This document shows positions 48,680 through 62,669 of a stretch of 64,000 nucleotides of DNA, in pieces. Position 1 is the first letter of the stretch, and every line of letters begins with the position of its first letter. This DNA is from Octopus sinensis (Eukaryota), in NCBI RefSeq assembly GCF_006345805.1, contig NW_021825710.1:248001-312000 (forward strand), given 5' to 3'. Under the pieces are notes generated by a model that saw only the letters and a list, made by a program, of their open reading frames with translations, searched no databases and had not been told where the DNA came from. A program made the translations under genes and the position numbers.

Positions 48680-48860
48680 AGGATAAACACATACACACAA
48701 ACTTCTTTTAGTTTCTGTCAACCAAATCCATTCACAAGGTTTTGGTAGGCCCAGGGCTATATTTGAAGATGCTTGCCAAAAGTGCCATGCAGTGGGACTG
48801 GACCTGAAACCATGTGATTGGGAAACAAACTTCATACCACACAGCTACACCTGTGCTTAA
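48680..48860 (-). mobile_element. SINE family A head/core
   Basis: cagtgggactggacctgaaaccatgtgattgggaaac...accacacagc. Confidence 0.75.
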
Positions 48861-51800
48861 ATGTATGTGTATGTATCTATAAAGACTATATATATGTATG
48901 AACAAATCTCTCTCTTTTTCTCTGTATAAACATACACATATGTACACACAAATATACACATATGCAAGTATGTGTGTGTGTGTGCATGTGTAAATATGTA
49001 TGTGATAGTGCAGTACCAAACCACTAAAATGTGATATCATATGTCCAATTACTATTATAAGAAGGATAATCATATAATCTCTGTGTTTTGCCATTTCTTT
49101 CTCGGTTACTTTATATACTCTTACTCTTTCATTTAATCAAGCTTTCATTTAATCTTTGTATGCTTTTCAATTAAGTTTTACACTTATATAAACATAAATA
49201 TCTATTATATATCTTTCCATTTAATATCCATTGATTAGGTCTTTTATACTTTGTTAATGGAAAACTTGCACATTTTCACAACTAGTATAAATACATATAA
49301 TTTATATTAGGTATCATCAAATGTTTTCAGAGAAAGACCAGGCAGGAAATGTTTGTATGTCTTCTATGTTTTTCATTGACTTGCTTCAGTCTTGGACTGC
49401 AGTCATGCTGGGGAATTGCCTTTACCTAATAATGCATCTGCAGAAGGTCTTGAACTCATAACTATCAGATCATTAAGGTTAATCATAAAAGTCTGATGCT
49501 TAACCAATATGCTAATAGACATGAGTCCAGAAAGAAATGAAAAACTTCTCACTAGCTAACTAAGAAAAAGATACTAAATTCAGAGGGACAAAAGTAAAAG
49601 TGATGTCCTAAATGCAATGTCTTCAATTAATTTTTTATTTGCAAATTTCTAGAAACATGTTTATCCATCTGGATATATAATGAACATGTAAATTATGATT
49701 CAAACATATCCAAATTCTCCTGTAGTGGACACATGGCTTCCCCTATCAACTAGCTATCATGTTTATTTAGCCTACTTTTTATATCCAATTTCTGAGACCA
49801 TATTTAGAATATAATTACAAACACAAAAACAAGCATATACAATGCCAGAAAGTGAGGGAGGCCAATAACAGTTTTCTATGTTGAAAGGGGATGATGTTAT
49901 TTTCCTAATATATACACATCCAACACCAAAAGCACTATGAATAAGCCCACTTAAATAATTTTAAAAAAATTCGGCTAACTTTGTTTACTATTATAGGAAA
50001 ACTGTCTCAACCATAAAAGGAAAGATTAAAAAACAGTGTTACCATATTGACCAACAAAAACCTGTCTCATTATCTAAAGGTGATAAGACAAGAATAAGCA
50101 TACTTCTGGTGATTAATTTGCTTATAATTACAATTCAAACTAGCTAATTAGAGTTACTATACTAATCAGTTAAAATATTGTTGTGAAGTTAATTGATGCA
50201 TTCTTTGGAGCTTATAAAAACTGAAAAGAGTGGAGTTAGACAGACCAGATTTTGCTATTACTTTTTTTCAATACCTTTTTCTATTAATAAAAACACACAC
50301 AACAAGTAGAACAAGAAAGAAAGTAAGCCTTACAACCATTAACCAAATTCAGCTATTTTATCTTTTTTCAAGCGAAACTCTAAAGGACAAACAGATGACA
50401 AATGCAAAGTTGATTTCATTTGCCTATTCTCTCTTTTTGTTGATTTCATGTTAATCCTTTTGTGAGTCAAGTACTTCAGACACTCAGTTAACATTTCAAC
50501 CCTAAAAATGCCGTTAAGTGTATGAAGTGCTTATAGTTTATTAGGTGAATATATGTAGACACCTATACAAATAGACATACTTTTTTAAAAGCAATGGTCA
50601 CAATCCCACCCAAGGAGAATCTTTAGTAAAAACTTGTTTTATGCAATGAGATGCAGAATTGTACATTTCTATAATATTCTTAGCAGTGGCTATCCACTAT
50701 GTCAAATAAAAAATGATTTATTCAGATTATTTAAAGTTTAATGGTAGTAATCTTAACCAGTGACAAAGAATGAAGAAAAAAACAATCAGAAAGCAGAACC
50801 TAAACAATATATATCTATTTGCTCTCCCTCTCTCTCTCAAACACACACACACAATACACACAAGCAATTTGACAGCTATGCCAACCTATCATTGTAGTGG
50901 AAGTAAAGCCTTACATGACAACACCTAGACTATTGAACAAAAATGGAAGTATAACAGTTATGTGAATAGCATTAAGAAGCTCTGGTTAGCTTCACATCTT
51001 AAGAGTTTACAGAGTTATAACTTTCAAAGTATATTACATGCTTTTTGGCACAATAGTCTTTTAAGTACACCTCTACATAGTCACAGTTGGATATATGCAT
51101 AAAGATATACTTCCCTTCCTTTCTCACATCTCTATTTTGAAAAGTTTATTAACCATTACTTAGAAGCAGAACATTGGTAAAACACCAATACAGAACATAA
51201 AAAAAATATAATAAAACAAATTTAATTGATAGCATGAGAAAATAAACATGGAAGATATTTTAATGAGAACAACTCACTATTGCATTAAAATATATAACAG
51301 CATATAGCAATTAGAAATGAAGATCTTTACTAAAGAAAATTATAACTTTCTATCATAATTATTTTCATTAATTCAGTTTTATATAGCCTAATCTCTTCTC
51401 CCACTTTCACACATGCATGCGTATACAATAAAATCAGTAGCTAAACAGTGCAATGTTCCATCAAATATAGAAATGGCTGATAATTTGCAGGAGAAATTTC
51501 AATACTTTTTTTTACATGAAATTTTTATTTTTATAGGCAATAAGCTATTAACAACTGAAGAGAGAAAGAAAAGTAGAAAGCAAAAGGTTTAATGTATTTC
51601 AGAAAGAAAGATGTGAATTGTCCACAAAACTATATTCAAGATTAAAAATATGTACCTAGATATGTCCAGCATGTTTGTGTTAGAATTAAACATAATCACT
51701 AGAATTGGAAATATAATCGGCAATAAAAGTACAAAATGCAGCATGTTAGTGTAATGTTAGAAAAAGGAGATATCTCTGGAGGGTTTGGATAAATCTTGCA

Positions 51801-51884
51801 ATTCCAAGAACTTTACGGAACAGAATAGTTGACACCTTTCATTCTTCGTAGCTAAATTATGTTATGTCTGGCTCTCTTGGATAG

Positions 51885-52887
51885 TTTCAATCTCAGTCAC
51901 AGATTTTTTAATCAATTTTTTTAACTAAACAGTTTGAAACTTCGGATACTGGTTGAATGTGTCACATAGAACATGGTTTACCCTTAATGTTTTTGACAAA
52001 ATTTTGTATTTTAGAAGTTATTTCATGTTAAAGTTTGGGTAATTTTAACCAATCAGTGACATGTATTCAGTTGAAGAAAGTTATTGCTGTTTGCGAAAGT
52101 AATCAAGCAAAAACTTCCGGGTCATCTGTAGTAAATTCATTTTTCAATCGCGTGTGGTTTATTCCATGTTGTTCACCTTGGCTGCTAAGTCTTTGGATAT
52201 TTTTCACCACTCTGTTTTATTTTTGCCTATAATTATTTTCACCACTCTGTTTTATTTTTGCATAAAATTATTTTCATGACTGTTTTATTTTATTTTTGCT
52301 TAATTTTCAACAACTTTTGTTTACTTGCCTGTTGTATTTTATTTTTTGTATTTGGAAGTATGGCTGCAGCCAAATCATATAGCCTCTGCAATTTGATGGA
52401 TACATTTAAAACTGAGGAGGATGCGGCAGCATACTTCGCAGAGAAGGCTATAATACCTTTAGTTAAAAAGTGTAGAAATGGGCACTTGATGAAAAAGAAA
52501 GTGGTCCGAGAGAATCTTTACTGGCAGTGCAGTCGCAAAGGTTGCAATGAGACTGTGTCTGTCAGAAAAGGTATATGGCTGGACGGTAGTGCACTTACTC
52601 TCCAGACTGTAGTAATTTTTTTGTAGTCTTGGGTCAAGGAACTGACTACAGTTTGTTATTGTATAGAAGAACTGGGGATAACAGCAATAACTTTCTTCAG
52701 CTGAATACATGTCACTGATTGGTTAAAATTACCCAAATTTTAACATGAAATAACTTCTAAAATACAAAATTTTGTCAAAAACATTAAGGGTAAACCATGT
52801 TCTATGTGACACATTCAACCAGTGTCCGAAGTTTCAAACTGTTTAGTTAACAAAAATCAATTTTAAAATCTGTGACTGAGATTGAAA
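51885..52887 (+). mobile_element. Merlin (IS1595/ISXO2-like) element remnant with ~207-bp inverted arms
   Basis: 51885-52091 is the near-exact reverse complement of 52680-52887. The interior encodes CRNGHLM...YWQCSRKGC...SVRKGIWLDGS-x-L (Merlin N-terminal zinc ribbon). Subterminal ~33-bp tandem repeats at 52200-52310. Confidence 0.8.
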
Positions 52888-53068
52888 AGATCTGCTCTCT
52901 CTCTAGCAATCCAGGTAAAGTTTTCTGCTATTTATCCTTTCTCCTATGTCATACGCTTTGAATTTATAGGAAAGGAAAATTTTGTAGCAGTCATGGCTAC
53001 TGAAAATGGTCATTAAAACTAGATCACATATTTAGCTTGTGTAGACCTTATCATTAAAGGGATATATA

Positions 53069-54228
53069 CAGAGACATGACAGAGGTAAATAGACACCCCA
53101 TAAAATATTGTTCTATGCTTATCTTAACTTGAAAGGTTAATATTTTTTATTAATTGACATATTTACGTTTCAGGTTCTATATGTGGCTATTTGATCATGT
53201 GCATCAATCTGAAGGTGGACTTAGTCAGTGTAAAAAACTGCAGAAAACCTTGGAATCCTGCTTTCTACAGTTAATAGAGTGATTGTGCAATTCACCAGTG
53301 AAGGAAAGGAATCCACATCACCTCTCCCATGTTGACCAGGGCCCTCTGACAGGACCCTTCGTTTTGTTGCAAGGTATCTGACATAGCCGAACAAGTTGAT
53401 GTCAGTCCCAGAACAACTGTTAGGTATCTCCACAAACTTAGCTACTATGGTAGAGCAGCAAAAAGAAATCACATCTTCGACCAGCCAATATCAAAAGAGG
53501 AAAAGATTGGGCCAGTGAGATGGTGGAAAGGCTAACATTTTGGGACACTGTCATATTCTCCGAGGAATACAGATTCGCTGTATTTTCTGACAGTGGTCAA
53601 CTCTGTAGACTCTGTGATCAAGAATTTGATGAGAAAAGGTTGCAGCCAACAATGAAATACAGCAGCTATTCTGTGATGGTCTGGGGAGCAATTTGGAGCA
53701 CTGGTTGATCAGAACTGATGGAGAGTGATGAAAACATAAACCCAGATAAATGTGTGTCCATATTGCAGAAAGAACTCCTTCCAATCTTCTTCAGTGGTGA
53801 AACGATTAAAGAAGGCTTTTTATTTCTGGAAGATGAGATTCTTGCCACACAGCTAAAAAAGACCCAAGATTGGTTAGAAGAGAATGGCATTAAAAAGCTT
53901 CCATGATCATGTCAGTCATCAGATATGAACCCTATTGAACATCTCTGGAGCATAATGGACAGGACACTTCATTAAAAGAACTAGAAAGCATCTTCAAAGC
54001 CAGATCTTTTGAGATTACTACATGAAACTTGGCAAGAAATTCCTCGAGAATATTCATCTGATCAGTAGCATGCCTAAAAAATGCAAAGGGCTGAAAAATG
54101 CAAAGGGCATATCTACTAAATATTAGATATTCACATTATAATAATTAATAAATAATTTGAATGTATAATTCCAGACTTAGATAAATTTGAAGAATCACAA
54201 GGGTGTCTATTTACTTCTGTCATGTCTG
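53069..54228 (+). mobile_element. Tc1-like DNA transposon (1160 bp), degenerate
   Basis: TIRs CA(GA)GACATGACAGAGGTAAATAGACACCC with TA flanks. W-x-x-VIFSEE, VMVWGAI and DMNPIEHLW motifs on the plus strand. Confidence 0.92.
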
Positions 54229-54257
54229 TATATATATACATTAATTAAAATGATTAA

Positions 54258-54268
54258 AATATATATAT

Positions 54269-54323
<55 letters not shown>
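54258..54323. repeat. (TA)n microsatellite
   Basis: Direct reading of the sequence. Confidence 0.95.
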
Positions 54324-54325
<2 letters not shown>

Positions 54326-55164
54326 TTCAGGAGTATGTTATTTTTATTGATTAAAATGATGAAAGAAATAACTTAAACTATATTTGAATACAGGATACAA
54401 AACACTCACTATCCTAAATATAGTGCTGATTTCAACGTAACTGTCCAATTAATTTTTAACATACATTTCACCAACATTTTAAGATGTAAGATTATATAGA
54501 CCTTGTGCAAAACAAAAAGTTTGTATACAAATATTTGTCACTGACATATATTAAGGCAAGATCAGCCCATGGCATTTTATATTTTAAATTTTTATAGTAC
54601 ACCATAAATAACAGTATATTAGTTACATGCAGTAGTAATGGTAGAATAAATCATCAAAGTACAGACACATGTATCAACACATGCACACATATAATATACA
54701 CACAAATAATGTTATTGCATCAGTAAAAGTTCTATGATAGTCAGTCTTATAAAATTTATTTATTTTAATCAGGAGGAAGAATAGCGTCTACGACTCTTCT
54801 CGGGACATTTGACTTTGGTGGAAGTTAACTTTGCATACATTTTTGAAAGTGGATAAAAACATGAAAATAGCAGGTTTTGAAACTAGGTGAAAGATTAAAC
54901 TTATCACCTAAGAACAGAAGTAGTTGCTCTGAAGAATGTTTATACAATATCCATGAGCCAAATTTCTATGTTAAAAAAACCCAGCTGACCAAGATGCCAT
55001 GAAGAGGTAGGAAACCTTCATGGTAACAAAGAGAACCTCTTAACCTAACAGATAACACTAAAAATTGAAGATTTAAATAATTTACCTGAAGAATAATTAT
55101 TAAAAAAAAAATGAAAGCTAAAATTTAAAAATTCAACCCTTCAAAAAAAAAAAATCTCCCTTAC

Positions 55165-55303
55165 TTGTTTATTTCCTGCTTTTTTCCGTTTAAGGTATGG
55201 CCGGAAGTCATCGCCGTTCCTCACAAAATAATAGTAAGATATCAATCGGTCTAATGGTTTTCTGATGACATTGATAAAAATTGGTTTTTTCAGGACCCCA
55301 AAT
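55165..55303 (-). CDS. HS2ST1: Heparan sulfate 2-O-sulfotransferase, internal coding exon (139 bp; equivalent to vertebrate exon 4)
   Basis: ttgtcag acceptor and gtaagg donor. Encodes (x)[46 protein letters not shown], containing the 3'-phosphate-binding motif R-x-P-x-x-R-x-x-S-Y-Y-Y-F and the HS2ST GDD(F/Y)RP motif. Ends in phase 0, matching the next exon. Confidence 0.95.
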
Positions 55304-57044
55304 CTGACAATAAAAAAGCATATCTGTTGAAAGCGTTGTCATGAAATACTGAAATTCATTATGCTTCATAACTTAAGAAATTTTGAAGTAATTTAAAATT
55401 CACTCATCAAATATACATGTATGTGTATCTCTCACGCTTTCAATATATATATAAGACACTAAAACTGATACAAAATTTTCTGTATAATTGAATAGATTTA
55501 CATTTTTTAATGATTGGATATTGCCCAAAACAAAGAGGAAATGAAAACTGATAATCGCCAGGCAATATGTTATGAATATTCTCTATGGTAATTACATATA
55601 AGTAATTTCCATGCAAATATACTGAAATAGTCTTCTTATGAATGAATAAAAATGTTCAATCAAGTTGTAAATGGAAAGCTTTTAACATACAAAAAGACAA
55701 TTGCAAGTTGAATAAATTATACAATTATGAATAAAGAAAAGAAGTCACAAGAAAGACAAATGTTAAAGAATACTGCAAGAGTGGTCATATTTTAATGTTG
55801 CTAGTTTATAGAAAAATAGCATAACATTCTGAATAGATCTGTAAATATTTGGAAAACAAATTTAGCAAAAGAAATCAAAGCTATTTGAGTAAAATATAAA
55901 GACAATTCACTGAATATGTTAGTTCATACAAATGTAAGTGCACAGGAAAGATAAATCTAATTTCATTAAACTATAGAAATAGATTATATGTTACATATTG
56001 CATTTCACTATATTACTAAAATGAAATACTTATGTGACTAGTTAAAATAATTGAAAATATCTACATAACCCGAAGGTCTCAGTTTTGAAAAGAAAGCCTT
56101 TTCTTTTATAAAGAAAAATATTCTTGACATATAGAATAGTATTAAGCAGAACAAAACCACTAGTAATGCAGTATGCTGTATTTCTTCCAAATATCTAAAT
56201 AGAATCAGTTTAAAGGATTAGTTGATAGCAAATGTATGTATAAAATATTGTAACCAACAAATGTCAATAAAACTAACAAAAAACTAAAGATAAAGTAATG
56301 TTTTGAATGCAGTTAAGCAGGAGTTAGATCATTTTGAAGTTGATACCGAAAAATCACAAACCTGCTTCCACAGTTTATTACAATTTAATAACAAATGTGT
56401 TGGCCATTGATACTGAGATCAGCCAAAGAAAAGAATAGCCATCTTTGTAAGGTGTAATAGCTATTGAACAAGAGAAAACAATGAAGTCCTTAAATCCCCC
56501 AAATCAACCAAAAAGGATAATCATATCATAAGTGTGGAAGTCTATGTATGTGGTCAGTAGCTGCTCCAAAATGTCAAGATATTGCTTTTCTATGTGTCAT
56601 GACTGTTGCTTAAACAATTCACAATAGTATCCACAGGAGACTGCTGTAGGAGAAATATGGAAATAGATATACATCCCAGTATGAGGAATATTGATGGAAT
56701 ATTCTCATCAAACTGCGACTTAATGCAAACACAACATGCCTAATATAGTTGTTTTAGAAAATAAAAACTATATACTGATATAGAGCAGTCCGATGATTGG
56801 TAGATATAAACAGTCATTTAAAATTAGTGAGAAGAAAAAGTACTGACACTCAATTACTTTAAGGTTTAGATATTTTTATGTGATTATAAATTTATACCTT
56901 TATCCATTATCATTATTTATTTTACTAAGTGTTTAAGTAATAACACAAAATATCCAGGGTTTCTAGGTAAAGAAAACTATCATTTAACTTGTATCCTGCA
57001 TATTTAGGCAGTAAGTGGAGCATAACTTTAAGACACAACAATGC

Positions 57045-57860
57045 CAGAATGCAGGTTTTATTCTTATTTTTGAAGGCCTTCAGGTTCGTGGACTTGTAGA
57101 CAAATCCTGGTTTCATCATGAAGCCAGCAGCATAGCCACACATAATGAGCATCACTCTGTCCTTCTGTACCTTAAATCCTGTGGCTCTGGATTCATCCTT
57201 CATGATATACATTCTGAAAGGCATCCTCTTTCAGAACAAGCCAGTCTCATCAATACTGAAAACCTGTTCCAGCTTGTATCCCTTGTCCTTGATGATCTAC
57301 CTGAAGGTCTTGAGGTACTTCTCAGTGGCTTCTTTGTTGGCTGATTCTGTCTCTCTATGTAGGGAAACACACTTTGTTTTAAACCGTTTCTGGAAATGGT
57401 CAAACCATCCCTTGCTGGTTTGAAAATCTTCAGGCTCCGGTGCTGTCAATGGTGCTGGTTGTGGTTCTTCAGTGCTTTCTGCTTCATCTCCTTTGTCAAA
57501 CTGCTGGTATAATTTCTGTGCTTTCTCATGGATGATGTTACTGCTCAAGAGGATGTTTTTCTTCTTGCAGTCTTTGATCCACAATGCCAAGGCAGATTCC
57601 ATCTTGACAAAGTGCTTATTTCTCACTATCGTTATCTTTTTGGCACTTTCACAGAAACTTTCTGCTATGGTAGTCCTGATCGCCACCTCTTTCTTCTTTA
57701 AGTAGCATATGGTGCTTTCATTGACAACATAATGGCGACCAACTGCAGCATAACTTTTACCTTCCCGGAACATATCCAACAGTTGTGCCTTGTCATGGAG
57801 TGTCATAACCTTTTTGTGGCGCTTAGGCTCACTGCCAGAAGCCTAAGAAGATATAGGGCA
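57045..57860 (-). mobile_element. pogo/Tigger-like transposase fragment (CENP-B HTH domains plus start of DDE)
   Basis: ORF 57297-57806 (AVGRHY-x-VNEST...MESALALWI...SKGWFDHFQKRF) and 56925-57224 (GFKVQKDRVMLIMCG-x-AAG). Resembles TIGD1/Tigger but is frameshifted. Confidence 0.88.
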
Positions 57861-58088
57861 TTTGGGCAGCATCTTAGGGCTTCATAACATGTGAAAAACA
57901 CAGCACTCAACCAAATACTGGAGATAGCTACTGGATGCAGTTTTACGAAAAACCTACAAAAAAATTTTCATTGTGTCTAATATGTGCATACCACCAATGG
58001 GAGATCGAGCAGAGATTAGAAATAATCAAGGTTTTGAAAAATTTAGTTTGTATTACCACTAGATACAGTAATCTATTCTATAATAATA

Positions 58089-58122
<34 letters not shown>

Positions 58123-58315
58123 ACCAGCAAGTAACCTAATTTCAATGAGGATATTGGCTCACGACCTTAAAAATTATCCTGTTGAAATAAACAACGTGTA
58201 TGATCAAATGCAGTGATGACTTAAAAAAAAAAGCACTGGTATAAAATTAACGTTCAGTCTCGTGTTGTATACATCTTTGATCTGTCATCACTAGATCAAG
58301 TAATACCAGTGCAAT

Positions 58316-60906
58316 TGGGGCTTGCAAAAAACCGACAATGCCCAAAACCAAGTTTAAGTATAATTCTCAAAACCAGTTAAAAACCGGTTTTCGCGGATTT
58401 AGAGCCGGTTTTCCCCATAACGAAGAAGTTTGTCGTATATTGTATTTTGTTTATATACTTACACAGAGAAAGAGAGAAAGTAACAGGTTGACTGATATCC
58501 ACAAATATGTTGATGGTGCCTGTATCTGTATCTATGTACAAACAATAACAAAAAATAATGGTATTATATTTATTTAATCAGGAATGCAACGTTCTTCCAA
58601 GTTGTATTTTTGAGAATCAATCAAGTTTCTTGACTTGCTTGATGATTCACTTTCCTTCGAAAATAATCTTTTAAAAATAAAATGCATTCAGTGTTTTACC
58701 TGACAAACTTGTCCTAAATTTTGTGTTGAAATGTCCAGTAATTCCGACTGGACACTAGTTGCTTTAGTTCTAAGCAATGCTCTACAAGGTTTCTTGAGCT
58801 TTTCACTTCTGTTCAAAGTTGCTTCAAAATATTTGAATTCATTAGTTCATTAACTTCGTAAGTAGATGGAACAACAGTAACACTTGTTTTTAAGTTCCCT
58901 CCTATTTCATTTTCTGTTGTGTTCTCAGCGTCATGTTCAGGAAATAATCTTCTATATGTTTGTTCAGCATACTTCCTTAAATGTTGTTTCGTTAAAAAAA
59001 GGAAAGGTCCAGATATTGATTCACCTTTAAACTTCCTTGGGTTATGAAAATACCTCAAGAGAGTCAAGGTTTCGACATTTCTTCTCTTATTATATCTATG
59101 CATAAGTCTTTCATGAAGATTTAGAGCCAAAGGGTTGCCGACGATATTAAGTTTATTCAATAAAAATTTTATAGAATATTCCGCTTTCAGTAAATCTGTA
59201 TCATCAGCGCAAATAGCCTTCAAAATAATTTCTACTGGATGCAGAATTTCATGTAGTAAATCGAGAGATTTCCATTCTTCGTCAGCTATGGCATCTGTGG
59301 AAAGTACTGCTCATAGAGCATTTGGAATGCAGTTTTTCAATTTTAAAAATCTCTCAATCATATGGAATGTGCTATTCCACCTAGTTCTGCAATCCAGTAT
59401 AAGTTTATATTCTCTGTTATCAAAGTTCGCTCGTACAAAATCTTGCAAAATTTCATTTTTTGTAGGAGATTTACGGAAAAGTTTTGAAATTTTTCTTACC
59501 TTATTTAAAACTTTGTTAAATTCAGGTTTTAGCTGGAGAAAACAAGCATTTTCGTGAGCCAAATCTGTTTGAAAAAGTATGTCTTGTTTGCTTATATCAG
59601 CTTCATCATCACTATCGTCTGTTATAGCGATCTCTTCACTTTTTTTTTATCAGTCTCATCGGTTGAGGCAATATTTTCAATATTTTTTTGATAGAGAATG
59701 TCAATCACAGACAGATGTATGCAATGTGTGAGACATTGTTGGTGATCAGGTCTTATTTCTTTTCTGAATTTCACCATCATAGAAGCACCATCCATCGTAC
59801 AGCCAACAATGTGTATATCCAAATCCAATCCAAATTCACGAAGATGTCCTCTCTCAAATTGCTCTGTTCTCCTGCTATTAAGGGAGCCATGGATCTCAAT
59901 AAGACCCAACAACCAATGATTGTCTTTCCCATGAACATTTATGTTCATATATCGTTTATTTTGAATTTATGTGTATTCATCCAATGTCAATGAGTAGCGA
60001 ATCCCCAGCACTACTAATTTTCGAAATAATGAATAAGTTCTTCTTTCTTGATTATCTAATAATTCATTACCATACTCCTGACTCCGTTTGCAGATGTTGG
60101 TTGTAATTTATCATATTTGCCTCTCTGACTATGAAGATTTCTCTGTATAAAGTCACTTTTGGTGATTGAATTGAAAGAGAATCCATCCATAGCAGCTAAC
60201 TTTGAAACTTCTTCTTCCATTGATTTCTTTGTCAAAAAGTGTTCCATTGTTCTTGTCATTTTCACAGGAGGCTGGTTTGCATCTTGATTTATGCCGATTT
60301 GATGAATTTTCTTCAAGTGCAAGATCAGAGACGTAGTAGATCCTCCAGAAGACTTCATGATCTTATCAGACTTATTGCATTGAGCTTCATCTTTGTTTTT
60401 TCCTATCGAAAAATTTCCAAACAGTTGATTTTCTTTTTATCATGCTAGGGCTAATGAAAATAATTAAGAAAAAATTTAGTTAGTGTTACTTCCTTGAAAT
60501 GAATCTGGAACTGGTTATTACATATGCTCAATGGGGAAAGATCACCTGACTGAAAACTAACAGCATCCCCTTGACTTGCTATAAATAAACCCTGTTACCT
60601 CCAAATTCAAAGAGTAAGCCAGGGATTAGCTAAGGAAATGACAAGGTGATGATCTCAGGTTCAAGGGGAGAGAAGGTGAGAATTGATATGTTGTGATATG
60701 TTTCAATGAAACAGACAGCACTCTCAACTAAAGGCAACCGACAACAGTTCAGTTAGTTCAGTTTCAACGATATTTCTTCAAAAGAAAAAAAAATGGAGAA
60801 ATGTTTTGCGAAAATAAAAGAAATAGAAACAGCAAGCATTAAAATCGGACTTGGCAAATCCGTTTCGGTTTTACTGATCATAATATAAAACTGGTTTCGA
60901 GGCCTA
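58316..60906 (-). mobile_element. hAT (Ac-like, BED finger) transposon, ~2.6 kb, degenerate
   Basis: BED-like GGSTTSLILHLKKIH (60056-60358), TMDGASMM, HQQCLTHCIHL, DCRTRWNST and ATSVQSE dimerisation motif. 8-bp TSD agtgcaat (58308-58315) / ggtgcaat (60907-60914); TIRs imperfect. Confidence 0.88.
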
Positions 60907-62669
60907 GGTGCAATACATTGTGTGTGTGTGTATATATATATATACACACACACATATATACTTTCACTGCAATGAGAGGGTGGTGTTGAGAGACAAATAG
61001 AGCATGAGAGGGAAAGAGTGTGTGTATGTGTGAAATATAGATAGATGCCGCTAGGATTCAATTGAAAGCAGGAATAAGATACAGTGTACTTGTATCTAAA
61101 AAAAAATCAAGCAACGTGATGCATAGCTATTCTAATCAGAGGGAACTTCCATAAACCAGTAAATACAGTATATTATTATTAATAATTTAGCCATAAAAAG
61201 TGTGAAAAAAATATATATTGCTACGAAAAATGCCATGAAATATCGTGGACAATATTTACGAATAGCTCTCACAATTAAAATTTTATTTCAAATGCTGCTC
61301 TAGATTACATTCCCAACTTCAATTATTCTAGACACAGGTTACTAGACTTAGTACAAGTTTATCCAGTAAATAAATGTCTTAAACCTACCACATTTGGGTT
61401 GTATAAAATATAATCAAGCAAAATTATTTAAAAGAAATTTTTTAACAAAGAAATCAAGATTAAATTTTTAAAATAATGAAGAGCAAAACATTGCCAATAC
61501 ATTACATAATAACTATGCAATAACGGTAAGAATCAAAATTAAATGAAGATCCTAAGTACTATAGTAATAAAGTATAAGTAATATAGAAAGTGCAGTGGAA
61601 TGAGTGATGTAGGAAAGCTGAATATTCAGTAATTAATCTAATATTTCTCTTTAAGTAGATTAAAAATAATTATTTTATGTAGGAGACTAAATATTTCAAT
61701 TCACCAAACAAATAACTTTATTAAATGTTTTAATTGCTACTAGTTTCTCAGGAAACAGGAAGCTATGATTAACATGCTTGACAGGCAAGGTTATCTATGT
61801 TATTAATGAGCATTTCTGAATTTCATATATTCTTCAGCCAGCATAATTATGGTATACTTCTTTTTCCCATTTCTAATATATTCCCCTATCCTAATGAAAC
61901 CTCTAACTCAACAGTTAAAAATAATCTTATAAAATAAACCAAAAATATTTCAATGAAATATACATATAAGACTAACGAAAAGTTTAGCTACATCCAAAAT
62001 ACTCTCCTTTATTTTCCATTGTTTTGCAAACAATTTGCACCTGCAAGTGCTACCAGTCAAGAACTCCGCATATCGGAAGTCAGCAAGTGTATAGGGTCAC
62101 GCCATTTCAGGGCCCCAAACACATACCTAAGAGGTAGGCCATTTTGGAGCCTACCTCTCAATGGCATTACTGTGTCCCCGCCCCACCATACACACTCACT
62201 GATATGAGGCCCTGCTTGTTAGATCAACTGGTTATTAAATATAGCTCAATATCCCTCTAGCATTACAACTCAAAAGACAACAAGAATGTATTAAAGGTAG
62301 ACACAATATTTTAGGATTCTGTGTTCACTTGCAATTGACTACCAGTGGTATAGAGAAATATGAAAAACAAAGTTGAACTTTGTGAGAGTGAAACTTAGAT
62401 GCAGTGTGCACCAAGGCATTGACCCTAACCTCCCAAAATACATATAATAAAGATATAGATAAATAAACCTCATGATTTACAGAAATCTATTTTAAGTTAC
62501 ACAATCTACAACCTCAAGAGAGCCCTCAGGGCATTTGAAAGAGTTTAATTCCCGTGCATTCTTAGTGCTTGTTGTTCCAGTACCTCTTATTTGCCCATAG
62601 CTTGCACTGGGTGCAACAAATGGAATTTCTTCTAACTTCTTTCCTACATATTGAGCAGGGCCATTAACC

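Noticed and set aside
18449-55164. Duplicated alternative sulfotransferase exons like Drosophila pipe
   Set aside because: No second QIPFFCG-, VGVTE- or SHLRK-like exon was seen in any intron.
57297-57806. Domesticated TIGD1/CENP-B-like host gene
   Set aside because: Frameshifted, truncated within the DDE domain and intronic; consistent with a dead Tigger copy.
62130-62158. 10-bp GC-rich hairpin as a possible Helitron 3' end
   Set aside because: No CTRR terminus at the expected distance on either strand.
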